Assembly (NCBI RefSeq): GCF_000497125.1
Contig: NC_090598.1
Location: 1-64,000, forward strand
DNA length: 64,000 nt
Direction of reading: 5' to 3'
Origin: Spironucleus salmonicida
Taxonomy: Eukaryota
Every line of letters begins with the position of its first letter. The first letter of the stretch is position 1. Positions 51,405-64,000 of this stretch are shown piece by piece. The translations under genes and the position numbers were made by a program. Under the pieces are notes generated by a model. That model was not told the DNA's origin. It saw only the letters and a program-made list of their open reading frames with translations, and did no database searches.

Positions 51405-52964
51405 TCACAAAAACGTTTCTACTTCCCAAAATTCTCTTATTGCTTCCCAAACTGCATTTTCAGTATTTTCCTCTCTAAGTCGAGCCCATCTATCTCTTAT
51501 TGCTCCAACACAATCTATAACCATAAACTATTTTTTCTCTTGACTTTTCCGAAGACCACGCCCCATTTATTGAACAAATACACGCTCAGATTGTGTTTTA
51601 CGTCCTAAAACCACACAATCAACTTCAGGTAAATCAAAACCTTCCGTTGCCATCGCAACAGTCGCTATAACGCTATTTTTAGTAGTTTTAAAATCGTTGA
51701 TAATCAGTTACTAATTTTTTGTTTTATAATGAAGGGATTTCGCCTCACAGAATGGTTAAAATGAGTTAAAATAATCAACAAAATCATCACATTAATTTAC
51801 TGTTGATAGGAAAACGATAGTATGGCTGCAAATCCCAAATTAAGCAAAAAATACAGCTAAAATTTGTGCAATTTGTGGTGCTTGAAAATTTAAGTCCAGC
51901 TAAATTTATCTTAAAAATAAAGCTAAATTTTTACTTTAATAACTCTCTTTTATACTTTAATACGAAAGGGATTAATTAGTTGTTTTTTGTAACTTATAAC
52001 CAGGAAATGATACTATTTCTAAATATTTAACTTTTGGGAAAAGATTTAATCTCTTGGCAACAAACCACGGTAAATTGCAGTAAAGTTGATTATTAAATTA
52101 ATTTACAATTTTAGATCCATCTAGATCTGTTAAATGCGTTAATGTAGCAGTGAAACCAGCTACGAATTCACAAGACTATTTAAGGCGTTAAAAAACTTGC
52201 AAAAATGTTGGTGCTAAAATATGATGTGCCTCATCAATTATGAGGTGTGAGAGATTATCTAAAAATAAATTTGGAAGCTTGTGTACAGATTAAAATGTGG
52301 AAAATACAATTTATTAATTGTTGTAGTTTTCTCCATCAAAATCCAATGTACATATATTAAATAATAAATTGAAAACTTTTTATGCCTATTATTTGATAAA
52401 CAATGAATTAACTAAAAATAAAACCTTTGAGCTCTATTTAAACGAATGTTTAACAAGAAATGCTGCCAACACAGTCTTACCAAATCCTGTAGCGAGTACA
52501 AATACACCATTTACAGGATACTATACGGCATGGTTATATATCGACTACTGTAGTTCAGTTAGTTTAAATTATGATGAAGTGATTTAGTGGTCTAGATTCT
52601 AAAAATCATTGTCTTGTAATGTTCTTAATTTAGGTGAATTTATAACTTGAGTGACTATTTCTGAAAATGATGGCAGCAAATGATACTTTGTTAAAGTGTA
52701 CTAGTTAAGAACATAGTCAATTTATGTTTCGGTAAATAACATTTCTAAAAGAATAATTTTATAATGATATTTTGATTCGTTAAATCTTTAAATACGTTCA
52801 GCATTATCTAGCTTAAATGGATCAATTATAGTATCTATCAATTATACATCTTCATTTTAAAGATACCTTGTTGCCCTGCTTAAAAATAGTTTTGCATTTT
52901 CTATTGTAGATTATTTTATGAGCATCATGAATTATTCTTAACTCATGGGCAAGCTAATATTCAT
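51405..52964 (-). CDS. SF2 DEAH helicase, ResIII / RadD / Irc3-like, 519 aa
   Basis: Motif I VLATGFGKT, motif II IIDEAHH, motif III GFTAT, motifs V-VI ATEGFDLPEVDCVVLGRKTQSERVFVQQMGRGLRK. Confidence 0.9.
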
Positions 52965-53594
52965 TTTTCATACTTTTAAAATTACTAAATAATATATATT
53001 TTTACTTTTAAAAGAAATATTTAATGATTTTTTAATTATGTTTATAGATGGTATAAGCAGATATTAACTAGAGACATGTCTGTATTCTACTCTAATCATC
53101 AGTCAAACTGTTGTTCCTATACTTAATATAACAATCATATTGAATATGTTTTACATTTTTCTATTTAATTGAAGAAATTTTCCTTAAGTTTTAACTACAA
53201 ATATTTAAGGTAATTGAAGTAAGATAAATAGTTTTTCATTTATATTCAATGTAATTTTGGTATGGATTGCAAAATAGTAGATATGATAAATAGTCATAAA
53301 ATAAATTTTTAAGGTCAATTATATTTATTTATTATTCGATCTTAATACTTTCCAATAATTTACTGTTAGCATTGTTTAAAATATTATTTATAACAAACGT
53401 AAAAATATTTATAAGAAGACATTAAATTACAAATTCATTAAATATGTTATAACAATAGCTGCAAAAGATAGAGTATTAAACATTAAATGAATTAATAATA
53501 ATAAACTATATTAATATATATGTATATTAAAACTAATAATTAATCATACATAAGTATATATTTTTCATATATATAATTGATATTTTGCAAATAA

Positions 53595-56588
53595 ATGTCT
53601 ATCTCTGATCGTTTAAAATTAATGACCTAATAATATGGCACAAACTCAGCTATGATGTTATCAAAATAGCCTAGTTCATTAGATGAAGATGATAATGGTG
53701 TTGAGGTGATAAATCCATTATAAGATTATATGATGACAGCTACAAAATTAATCAGTGATAAAGAATATGTAAATAGAAGTTTGACAGAGAAAAAAAACTT
53801 ATTGTAAGCATAAGTAGATTAAAAACAATCAGAGAACGAGTAATAATCTAATGCATTGTGGTCTAAAATTTCGGCTTTGAAGTATCATTTCGAAATTATG
53901 GAAGACGAACATTCTAAGGCCATGACTGATTATGAAAATTAGAAAGCATATTTGTTATAAGAAATAAATAATAAGAAAAGCTAAATAGTTTAGGTCAAAA
54001 GTTAGTAAATAGAGCCAGAACTTTTTATCTGGGCGCAGTCTCTTGAAGATAAGTTGAAATGAAATATTATATTCAAAATTATATTAATATTCAAAATGAT
54101 TAAATAACCAAAGCCAAAATTATTATAAAAATCTGTGCTATCTTTAGAATAATCATTGATCCACACATCTAAAAATATTGATGAGATGGAAATAATGACT
54201 GTTAAAGACCATATCATTGATTTAACAAATGATCTCTCTCTTAAACATTTGTAGTCATAAGTTCCATAGTATGAGCAAACTTAGAATGTATAAAATCAGT
54301 CTCTTTATGTTGAAAATTTCAAGATTTTAGAAGAGTCACTTAGATTTAAAACAGGAGCAAATTAAGAAATTTCGTCTATCAAAAAATAACTGAAACTGTT
54401 AGAAAGAGAGTTTGAGAGCCAGATAAAACTTAATTAATTGTCTAGCGATGCTACCAATAACTAAGTTAAGAATATATTTATGGATATTATAAATATTATG
54501 GAACATTTACAGAAATGTGAAAAATTAATCAAACAAAGAGACAAAAGATATATATAATCAACATACAAGTAGTCTGTTGATCTTAGAATTATAAAACGTG
54601 TACTTTAAAAGTCTGGTTTATTTGCTGAATATATAAGTGGAAATAAAGAGAAATATATTGATAAATCTAAGCTTAGAACTTAATCTGGTTATCAAAATTC
54701 TGAAGTTGATGAACTGAAAGTAAAAGTCAAGTAATTCTCTGTTTAAGTTTTTACTTTATAAGAATAGGTTAAGTTCATTAGAGATAGCTTAGGATAAAAA
54801 TCGGAAATAATGAAGGATCTATTTCAATAAAAACTCAGGGAATAATACAATGAACTTACGGATTAAATCAATATCAACCAAAGATCGTAAGAAGAATTTT
54901 TAACTTTTTATAATTAAAAAGTAGAGCAATAATAAGAATTTTTAAATGAGTTATAAAGTAAGTAATAGTCGTCATATTTGTAAGAATAAACATAGAGATA
55001 AGAAATTACAGAACTTCTAAAAAATATTTAATAAAAATGTGAGTTAGATTTGAAATAGGTAAAATCAGCTTAAAAAGAGTAAGAATAATCTTTATTTGCA
55101 AATAAAACGTACATCTAAGAATTATAAGTTGAAAAATAATAATAATCAAATAGTATAACTAAATTGCAAAAATAAGCTGATACTTTATTTAGAATGAATA
55201 AGGATTATATAGATGATTTTAATAATTTTGTCTAAACTTCTTAAATACATTAACTATAAATAAAAATTGAAAGCTACTAGGATGCGCTAGAAAAATATGA
55301 GATAAAAATGTAATTGATTTAAGCATAAAATGATCACTTAATAAAGCAACACAACTAATAGACAGACAAAATTAACTAATTTTAAATTGAGAATAAATAA
55401 TTATAATTTGATTAATAATAAGTATTAAATAAGTAAATTTTATAATATAGTGATATGGTTTAGTAATTAAATTCAACAAAAGATAGTTTTTCAATTGATA
55501 ATTTTAATCAAATGATCTCTACACGAGTATAAAGCGATATCTTACCATATTAGCATAACGTAGAAGCAGTTAAATAACAATTAATTTCCTAGAAGGAATA
55601 AAGCAACTTATATGACAAAAAATTAATCAATTTAACTAGTGATATTTAATCAATTAATGATGAAATTACCAATCTTAAAAATTTTTCTATCTCTGAAAAT
55701 GAGATTATAGGAGAGAGCAGTCGATTTGACTTTAAAGATATTAAAGAAATAAAGTAACATTAACGATTATAGTCTAGTGTAATTTAAAGTTAAAGAAAAA
55801 TGATTGATGATATTTAAACTAATAACTAACATCAGAAATAAGCATTTTAAACATAGGTTAATTCTGTATAGGTAGTTATACAATCTGCTAAGAGATAAAT
55901 TAAGAACGAGATTAAAGATCTTATTATACTTAAAGAAGATATAACAAAAAAGTATAAGGATATTAAAAAGATAGAAATTTAAGCTGAAAAAAGTGAATAA
56001 GATATATCTGGTTTAGTTTTAGATATAGAACGTTGCAAAATAAAGATTGACGATTTATAAAAGAAAGAAACAATACTAGACGGAGCTCTTGTGAACACAA
56101 ATTATACAATATAAAATTTTGTAGAGACAACTACAGAAATGTAAAATATATAGCTAAATGAATTTAGAGCTATTCTAATAAATTAATCATCATAACTGCA
56201 AAACCTAACTGAATCATCGTCATTATTGAAAAATGAGCTATCAAAATGCATTTCATAAATAGAAGATATTTAATTTTTTACTAATTAAGCATTTGCTTAA
56301 GTTTAAAATACTTCCAGCGCGGATGAAAGAATAACTGAGGCTATGCAAATTTACGAAGACACAATTAAAAAATAAAATAAGTAAATTAACAAAATTTAGC
56401 TCCAGATTTAACATTAATTAGATCTGAATACAAATTCTTAATAATCATTTTAAGAACTCTAGACTAAAATAAACTCACTTGCTCTAAATATTCAAATTAC
56501 TGAAAAAATACCTCAATTGATAAGTAATTTTGGATTTCTATAAAAATAATTTGAGCGCATTTAAAAAGAACTTACTCTGAACAAGTGA
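53595..56588 (+). CDS. Long Q/E/K-rich coiled-coil protein, 997 aa
   Basis: ATG 53595 is in frame with AAG TGA 56586-56588; interior spot-checked only. Very high TAA/TAG (Gln) content with a heptad-like composition. Confidence 0.82.
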
Positions 56589-56594
56589 AACTGT

Positions 56595-57563
56595 TCAATC
56601 TACAACTTTCAAGAAGCTTAAATTTTACAAGAAGGATGCCTTTTTGCTCAAACTAACCTATGGTGCACATATATCATCATTAATTTAAAAATCTAAATCA
56701 GTGGATTTAAATGACTTAATTGATGACTAGTGTGAGATTATTTCTTCTTTTATAGGCTTCTTTGCTCTCAAAATTAACGACTTACTTTTATCGGATAAAA
56801 TTGGTGAATACTCTGACGATATTTCAATTGGTCTAATGGGATTAAACTGTTAATTCATTTAAAGTTATGTTATATTTTAAAGCAATTTTGGTTTTTGAAG
56901 TTAAATATTTTTAGAATCAACTAACTCCTATAGTGTTGATTAATTACTTAGATTAGATAATTATGTGGATTTACTAGTGTTACGATTTGATTCTGTATTT
57001 TTATAATATTTAGATAAATTTTTGCTTTCAGTACATAACATATCATTTTTCAAAGCTTAGTACAACTAGTCTTGCTAATCTTGTAACAGTAATTATACTT
57101 TTTCAAGTATGTGTGTTTGCTCTATATCAATATCTAATTAATTTGTAAAATCTTAACATTCTAGATCTTTATAATATTACCCCTTTATGACTTGGATACA
57201 TTCCAATGATGGTTATTACGCCCATTTCCCATAACCTTAATACCTTATTATGTTTGCAATACGCATTAAAGGGTATAATCTATAGCCTAAATCATCAATT
57301 CTTGCTTCTTATAAATTTGGTGGGATTCTATTAACAGGAATTATCTAAAAATTATTTGAATGGATTTAAAGGTATTTTAAACGCTTATTCCTAGATAAGT
57401 TTGGAAAATTAGTTAGTTGGTTATGATTTAAAAGCAAAACTTACAAATTTTAGAATGGTTTTGTATTAATCTTCTCCAATCTGCATTCCTAAGCATCTAT
57501 AAACTCAATTTTAAGTTAATCCTCATATTTAATTTCAGTAAGACTATCAATTAGTGTGGTCAT
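56595..57563 (-). CDS. Leucine-rich-repeat protein, 322 aa
   Basis: N-terminal LRRs LQVLLLNHNQLTNFPNL and LKYLQIHSNNFQII. Open to TGA 56597-56595. Confidence 0.8.
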
Positions 57564-57652
57564 CTCATTTTTATACTAAATTTTTATTTAATTTTTAGGT
57601 TTCATTTTTAGTTGTTATCATATTATTTGCTATAATAACTAAATAACCACAA

Positions 57653-57799
57653 ATGAATTATTAGTAAGACGAGTTGCATGCAAAAAATCAATTTTTAAAA
57701 TATCTATCTATAGAAATTTAGCTTGAGAATACACTAATCATAAATTAAATCATTTAAATAGAAAATGAAATTGTAGCTCTTAACCAAACTTAATAGTGA
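57653..57799 (+). CDS. Small hypothetical protein, 48 aa
   Basis: MNYQQDELHAKNQFLKYLSIEIQLENTLIINQIIQIENEIVALNQTQQ*, ending in the AGTGA signature. Confidence 0.45.
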
Positions 57800-57811
57800 A
57801 ATAATTTTAAA

Positions 57812-58198
57812 TCACATTTAATTTAATTCAGTATCACAATAATTAATAAAAGCAATGAGGTCTTACTGCACAACTGGAACCTCGTACTAACCATCCCCTA
57901 TAACATACTCATCAAGTTCATCATGATTTTGCATGAAAATCAAATTCATTACTTCTATTAAGTTCTAATCTGTTATTTCATCTATTTTAAATTATGTAAA
58001 TAAAGTTTCAGTTTCTTAATCTGCAAAATCAAGAATTATTCTTTTATAATCATTAAATATGTTGACTCTTTTTGGCTATAATGGAAAAAATCCCTAGTAA
58101 ATTGAATACGAGAGAATAATGAATTTTTCAGTGACTTAGATGAAGAAAAATTACTAATTTTGAATCCTTTCGGCTAAAGATATAATTTTATTATCCAT
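57812..58198 (-). CDS. Hypothetical protein, 128 aa
   Basis: MDNKIISLAERIQN... is open to TGA 57814-57812. Confidence 0.7.
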
Positions 58199-58249
58199 TT
58201 AAAAATTACTTGTTATTAAATACATGATAATTATACTAAAATTATTAAA

Positions 58250-58924
58250 TCAGAAAATTCTCCAACCTCTATTATATCTTGCACTCATGGTCGAGCCACC
58301 ATTTTTCTTAATTGAACTTTATTGGCTACTATACTTTTAAGGCCCTGGTGAGCAATGTTCCTCTTTAATATAGAATTTTCCTCTAATAGAAAACTGAGGA
58401 TTTTATTAGCTAATTACTTATTTATTAGGATTATAATCACCTGCTGCAATGATACCTGTTGTGGATGCACCATTGTATAGGTCTCCGTGTTTTCCCCGCA
58501 TTGAAAATGACTCAGAATCACGATATATTTGCTTAGGATCATACTTATTAGGTCCCGGTGTTTATTCTTATTTTATTGTATATTTTCCACTAAAGCTATA
58601 AGATGGAGCAGTATTTAAAGCTCTACCATGTGCTGGGAACGCAGTATGAGCGCCAGGGCCTGGAATTTAGTTCTTATATTCAGGTACATAATTATATGTC
58701 GAAGTTCTACCTCTATGTGAAAAAGATGGTGACTACTTATCAGTTATCATATGAGTAGGATTATAAGAACCTGGGCAAATTTAATTTTAATAAGATCTTA
58801 AAATCGCATGTCTAGAAGAAATCGAAAAGTCAGGTGCGTGATTTTTTGTAAATGTACTGTTCGGAGTGTATTATGCGGGCGATGGAACAAGTATATCCGC
58901 AATAATTACGTCAGTTGCCGACAT
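58250..58924 (-). CDS. SHIPPO-repeat / ODF3-like (PGPGxY) axonemal protein, 224 aa
   Basis: Repeats VPSPAQY, CPGSY, IPGPGAH, TPGPNKY and SPGPQKY, mostly followed by a P-x-F/Y-S...R/K-type motif. Confidence 0.88.
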
Positions 58925-58995
58925 TTTTGTAATCAATATTTGTATTGTATCATAATATCAAATTAATTTGTTACAGTAAACAACAAATGGTTTTA

Positions 58996-59244
58996 TCAGT
59001 CGCTACTTATTTCAAAATCTTCACCAAATTTTAACAATTAAACATACTTAATATCCTATAATCTAATATATTCTCGCTTGCTCAAAAATTTTATAGATTT
59101 ATTATCAAAATAATATATTGATTTTGATTATATTGAATCTTTAGATAGATAATTATAATCCCTACTTGTTAAAGAGGTTTTGTTTCTGCCATAAGATGTA
59201 ATACTTGGAGTATACGTGCTTAAATAATCCTGATGACCTTCCAT
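58996..59244 (-). CDS. Hypothetical protein, 82 aa
   Basis: MEGHQDYLSTYTPSITSYGR... is open to TGA 58998-58996. Confidence 0.55.
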
Positions 59245-59435
59245 TTTGTAATTTTTATTAATTATAAAATATTTTAATTATTATAAGGATATATTATTAT
59301 CAAATTACATTATGATTTAATTATTATCTATATAATTAGGACTATAAAAACGAGAAAACATAATTACAGTAGGAAATATTTATTATCCGGAATATTTTTA
59401 TTATATATTTATCTAGAAAACTATAATTTGCAATC

Positions 59436-59735
59436 TCACTTAAACAAACCGTTTGACATTCTCTCACATCTTATACATTTTAAATTTTTTTGCTTATATA
59501 ATTCTAACTGGCAATCTTTACATACCTAACAATTACAAGATATCAACAAAATCGTAATAAAAGATCCGCAATTTTTGCATCTACTTTATTTTTAAAATCC
59601 ACCTTATTATAAATGTTAAAACTTGCAATCTTAACCAAATTTACAAAACCCCTATTCAAAGTATTATTTGCAATAATTATTAGGTAGTTTTTCTTTCGAT
59701 TCGACCATGCTAGATCTCTTAAATTATAATTTCAT
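59436..59735 (-). CDS. CWC24: Minimal Cwc24/RNF113-like CCCH + RING protein, 99 aa
   Basis: CCCH finger CKQYFEQGFCKFGQDCKFQH, then RING CKNC-x10-CNC-x2-CKDC-x11-CIRC, then NGLFK* (the RNF113 tail is NGVF). AGTGA stop. Confidence 0.75.
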
Positions 59736-59741
59736 TCTAAT

Positions 59742-60359
59742 TCATTGCTACTTTTATATATATTATTCTAATTATTCGATTCTTTTACTTTTGATGGCTA
59801 ATGATTATAGATCATAATATATATCCTTTTTAGCCTATTAAATTGCTAACTGGCAATGATATTTGCAATTTTCTGCATATTATTCTCTGATAATATTGCT
59901 AAGTCCATTCTTATGCTAAGCCACATATTTGTTAAAACTTGACTAGAACATAGAAATATTTATAGGGTTAATGTAAGTTTTTTGCAATATTTCCATTAGT
60001 TCAGCATGTTACACCTACTTTTAATCTGTAATAATACAGTGAGACTTGTTAAATTCAACTAACTAAGCAATATTTACACTAACTAGTTCTTATTCACATT
60101 CAAATATAAACTAAAATTAAATATTACTTAAGTGTAAAAGTTATGACCCTTTTGGAACACATACTGTAATTACAGAGAACGCAGCATTTAATTGATCAAC
60201 CCACAATAATGGTTAATCAATTATATATGATCTTAAATTGCTAATTAAAAACATTTTTTATTCTTACTCATTAAGATCCGCCAAATATATAGATGATCTT
60301 TAAATCCTTTAGTTAAAATCGAGATCATTTTATGCAACAAAATATGGCAATTGATTCAT
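59742..60359 (-). CDS. Hypothetical protein, 205 aa
   Basis: MNQLPYFVAQNDLDFN... is open to TGA 59744-59742, 6 nt before the in-frame ATG of the CCCH-RING gene. Confidence 0.72.
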
Positions 60360-60528
60360 CAATATCTATTTATATTTTATATATAATAATCACTGTTTTA
60401 AAAATTATTATTTTTTCGATTATTTAATTTATACTTAAAATACAGTATAGAAAATCCTCAACTAAACTCCAAATCCATTAATATGACTCCAAACTGAGCA
60501 GATTTTCTATAATTAACAATACTACTTT

Positions 60529-61383
60529 TCACTCTAAAGAAAACACCTATAATTTGGTTTTTCTCTCTCTATTTTTAATACCTATATAGTCCTTACGCTC
60601 TTAATTTATTTTATTCTAAATAACAGTTTTACCGTAAAATATTTCATCGTTTTCTTTGCAAATCTACATCCGATTGAGAGGTTTTGGAAAGAACTTATTA
60701 GCCAGTTATATTTTTGGGTTTGGTTTTCGTAAGTTTTCAAGAGTAATCTCTGGAATCCTAATCTATTTAATTTTCGTTAATTTTTCCTTCCTTTCAATTG
60801 CCTGTAGGCGAAGTTTTTCTAACTATTTTTCTCTTTCTATCAACTGATTTAAGCGTTTATTTTAAAGTTAATGAATATTATTTTCAGCATCTAAACGCTC
60901 CCATTCTGCAATCTCTTGTTCCCGTTAAAATCCTTATTTTTTAAGCTAAGCTGCACGAATCTTGTTTAATTTCATTAATTCCGAAATTTGGATTTAATGA
61001 GTTTAATGAAATGATTTCAGTTAGATTTATTGGATTGTTGAAGGTTTTATGGAATTATTTTAAACATTTTAATCTGGTTAAAATTAGATTTATTAGTTTG
61101 GATGAATATATGGAACAGGAGATTTAAGGCCTATTGAGTCATGAGTAGTGATATCTTATTAGTCTTAATCAGAGAAAGTCTAATAACTAGTAAACTATGG
61201 CTCAATTTATTATAACACTTGTGTGCTGGGCATATTAATTTCACTTTATTTCGATGATTAATGATATTCTTCAATAGTAGGACATGTTGTTGATCCAATA
61301 TTTAGCAATTACTTATCAGGGAGTTATTAACAATACTGTTTTAAGTGATCTTCATTTACGCAGCCATTATTTACACTTTCCAT
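60529..61383 (-). CDS. Hypothetical protein with a central coiled coil, 284 aa
   Basis: ATG follows ttccgc. Open frame ends GAG TGA (AGTGA). Confidence 0.8.
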
Positions 61384-62528
61384 TTAATGCGGAATAGAAT
61401 AAATTAATAATTATATAATAAGAAAGATTATATTCGTTTATAGTAATATTTTTATACAATATTAGTATAGTTAAAAAATTAATTCATTGTTATATTAAGA
61501 TATAATATAAACCTTATAGATATTTTTATTAAGAAAAAGCAAAAATATATTAAAAACAGAGTAAAACAACATAAAATTATTTTGAAATTTTATATTCCTA
61601 ACTTCATTGTATATAATGTTGTTTATATAACTTTGTGTCAGTAAATAATTTCAATTACCATTTGCTCTTACGTACTAGAATATTTTTATGTAACTGCTAT
61701 AAATAGTTAATCTTACCCAACTTGGTGAGTGAAATATGGCACATAAGATATGAAATAATTAATTTTAATAATTACATTCAAGTATACGATAAATCGATGA
61801 AATATAATAATTTATTCTATTGATTTACATACTATTTGTCAATAATACATCTTGATTCACGATTACGTTTCTCTATTTATTATCACTTTATTAAGTTCTC
61901 GTAGATAGTAAAAATAAAAAATATATATTAACTAAATATCAAAATTATCTATTATCATTATTCATATTAACATTTTACTATCAATACGTAAACAATTCTT
62001 CGTATAATTATTGACAACAGTATAATATTTAAATTTTACGTATTAAGTAAAATAATATAGTTAAATTTAATATATTCTTTGCTATTGAAGGTAAATAAAT
62101 AATAACAATTATATTAAAAATTAATGTTTAACTAGTGCTATAAAATAATAACATAATATAAAATTAACGTTTCTAAAACTAAAAAGTTAGTAATACTATC
62201 CGTTTACTTCATTGTGATTTATTAATTACACATCCTTTATTGTCACAAAATTTTAATTAATGTTAAACTCTTAAATTTATACAATCAATATAGAAAATAT
62301 TATGATTAATTTTGCGAATCTAGTAAATTTTATAAGAATGGGAAATACTACTCTCACTAACCAGTCTAATTTTATAAATAATCAGCGATATAATGGATTA
62401 TTTATTTCCTTTAATATAAGATTTTATAAAATTTTCAGAGTTGATAAGCTAACATTTAGGATTATATCAAAGATACATTATTATTTAATACAATTATTAA
62501 ATATTTTCTTTTCAAAACCACTCCAAAA

Positions 62529-63215
62529 ATGACTCTTGTTGATCTTGCTGAAATTGATTGTCGTACGGATGATGTCAAGCTCCAATTAGTTAAATTAATT
62601 GAATCCACAATTTAACTTACATCTGTTAAATCATAGCTTCCATTGGCCTCACTTCTTCCTTATTTAGTAACTTTAGATGACACTGCAGAGTTTCTATCAA
62701 CATTTAACTATATACCTCTAGATTTTGCAATGATACGGATTAGACTTCTATCTAGCTATTATAACACCTTCTATACATTTATAAAAGACGTTTAGTTAGC
62801 TCTTGATCACTACGAAAAGATAAGAGAACCATATGGTCTACCAAACATTCAACAATAGGCAAAAGACTAAATTACTTAAGGAATAACAAATCTTCCTTTC
62901 ACATAGTTTCTTCATTAACCATTTGATTTCTAACTTCTTCTAGAAAATGAACCTATTGAATCAATCAAAACACTTTAAATCAACGAGGTGGCTTTATTTT
63001 TCAACCTTTTATAAGATTTTGATTCTGATCAAATTACAAAAATAGAATAAGTCTGTACTTAATTAAAAGTAGTGGAAAACGATCAAGTCTAGTTATCAAA
63101 ATCTGTACCTAGATTGAGTAGAAAAGTTATAGAACTTACTAAATCTATTGCTGTACCAGGTTAAATTGAGACAGCCAAAAGGAGAATTAAAATTGCTGAT
63201 GAATTAAGTAAGTGA
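62529..63215 (+). CDS. Divergent bromodomain protein with a possible ET domain, 228 aa
   Basis: YIPLDFAMIRIRLLSSYYNTFYTFIKDVQLALDHY resembles the bromodomain PMDLxTIxxRLxxxYY...FxxDVxL motif. The C-terminal EVALFFNLLQDFDSDQITKIEQV is loosely ET-like. Ends AAG TGA. Confidence 0.7.
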
Positions 63216-63280
63216 GAATATTGTTACATTAATAAATAATATATAAATACATATTCTCAATAAATTATACCACTCCTTAA

Positions 63281-64000
63281 ATGAAGGAAAGTAGTATAGT
63301 AATAAATAATCATGCGGTTGATATTATCAGCTATAATTATAATAATGAGGATGAAGAAGAACCATTTTTAAAAGTAACAATAGGTTTATATGTTTTTGAT
63401 GCAGTTTTTGGCAAATACGAAGATGAAAGTTATTATATTAAGGCTTTAATTTTTGCTTCTGTATAGAAAATTTATGTTCTTTATCATATTAAGAACTTAA
63501 ACGGTAATATTTTGGGTCTTCTTAACAAGTCTACTACGAAAGTAGTATTAAACCAAGATATATTCGAAAGTGTAATAAAGTTTTACTAAGTTTAAGATAT
63601 AAACGCAACTTATATCGATGAAGAAGTTAAGATTAAATGTTAAATTGACGATTAAATAGTATTTAATTCTTTATATTATGATAATTTTATTATTGACTAA
63701 CATATTTTTTCTAGAGCTATGGCAGTTGTTTCTCTACAAACTAAATAAAGATTGTAATAGTCAGATGAAGACACATAGAGATTTGATCAAAATAAAATCC
63801 TAAAAACATAAAATGGTTAGTAACCTGCTTAAATATCTAAATTGAATATAGTGCAGAATTCTACTAAAGACATTAATAATTAATAATAGGATATTAAATA
63901 AATTTTAATAAGCTCAGGAATGAATGGAGGATTTATATTTAATTGTAAAAAATTTACTTTGGCTAATGTCCTGCTTATATTTAAAAATTTTGAGATTCTT
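63281..64000 (+). CDS. Hypothetical protein, 3' truncated by the window end
   Basis: The track ORF MKESSIVINN... continues through TAG/TAA with no TGA to position 64000. Confidence 0.75.

Noticed and set aside
53024-53560. Possible small gene between the helicase and the coiled-coil gene
   Set aside because: Several competing short or low-complexity frames, with no clear start/stop signature or recognisable motif.
61400-62520. ORF 62302-62532 and other frames in a very AT-rich stretch
   Set aside because: Composition is consistent with intergenic DNA between divergent genes; no protein-like signal.
187-64000. Widespread pseudogenisation suggested by frequent TAA/TAG
   Set aside because: Explained by TAA/TAG = Gln; the frames are intact to TGA.

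Overview
AT-rich eukaryotic DNA read with a non-standard genetic code: TAA/TAG = Gln and TGA is the only stop (translation table 6). The supplied standard-code ORF track is therefore mostly fragments and antisense artefacts. The code, the intron-free compact genes, very short intergenic gaps, C-rich motifs before ATGs and AGTGA-fused stops point to a hexamitid diplomonad such as Spironucleus (inference). Layout: (1) 187-5517, one 1776-aa hypothetical gene on the minus strand; (2) ~5863-34036, a 28-kb two-module tandem array of about 62 copies of a ~343-bp combinatorially variable 'A' unit interleaved with 21 almost invariant ~334-bp 'B' units in an irregular AnB order; (3) ~34040-38570, a gene-poor, degenerate flank; (4) 38576-64000, a dense gene block. 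That block holds an ankyrin protein, a class A DnaJ lacking HPD, a D-box-less cyclin B with a CxxC..CxxC insertion, a bacterial-type ResIII/RadD/Irc3-like DEAH helicase, coiled-coil, LRR and SHIPPO/ODF3 proteins, a 99-aa Cwc24/RNF113-like CCCH+RING protein, a divergent bromodomain(+ET) protein and several hypotheticals. All translations and counts were done by eye and no database searches were run.
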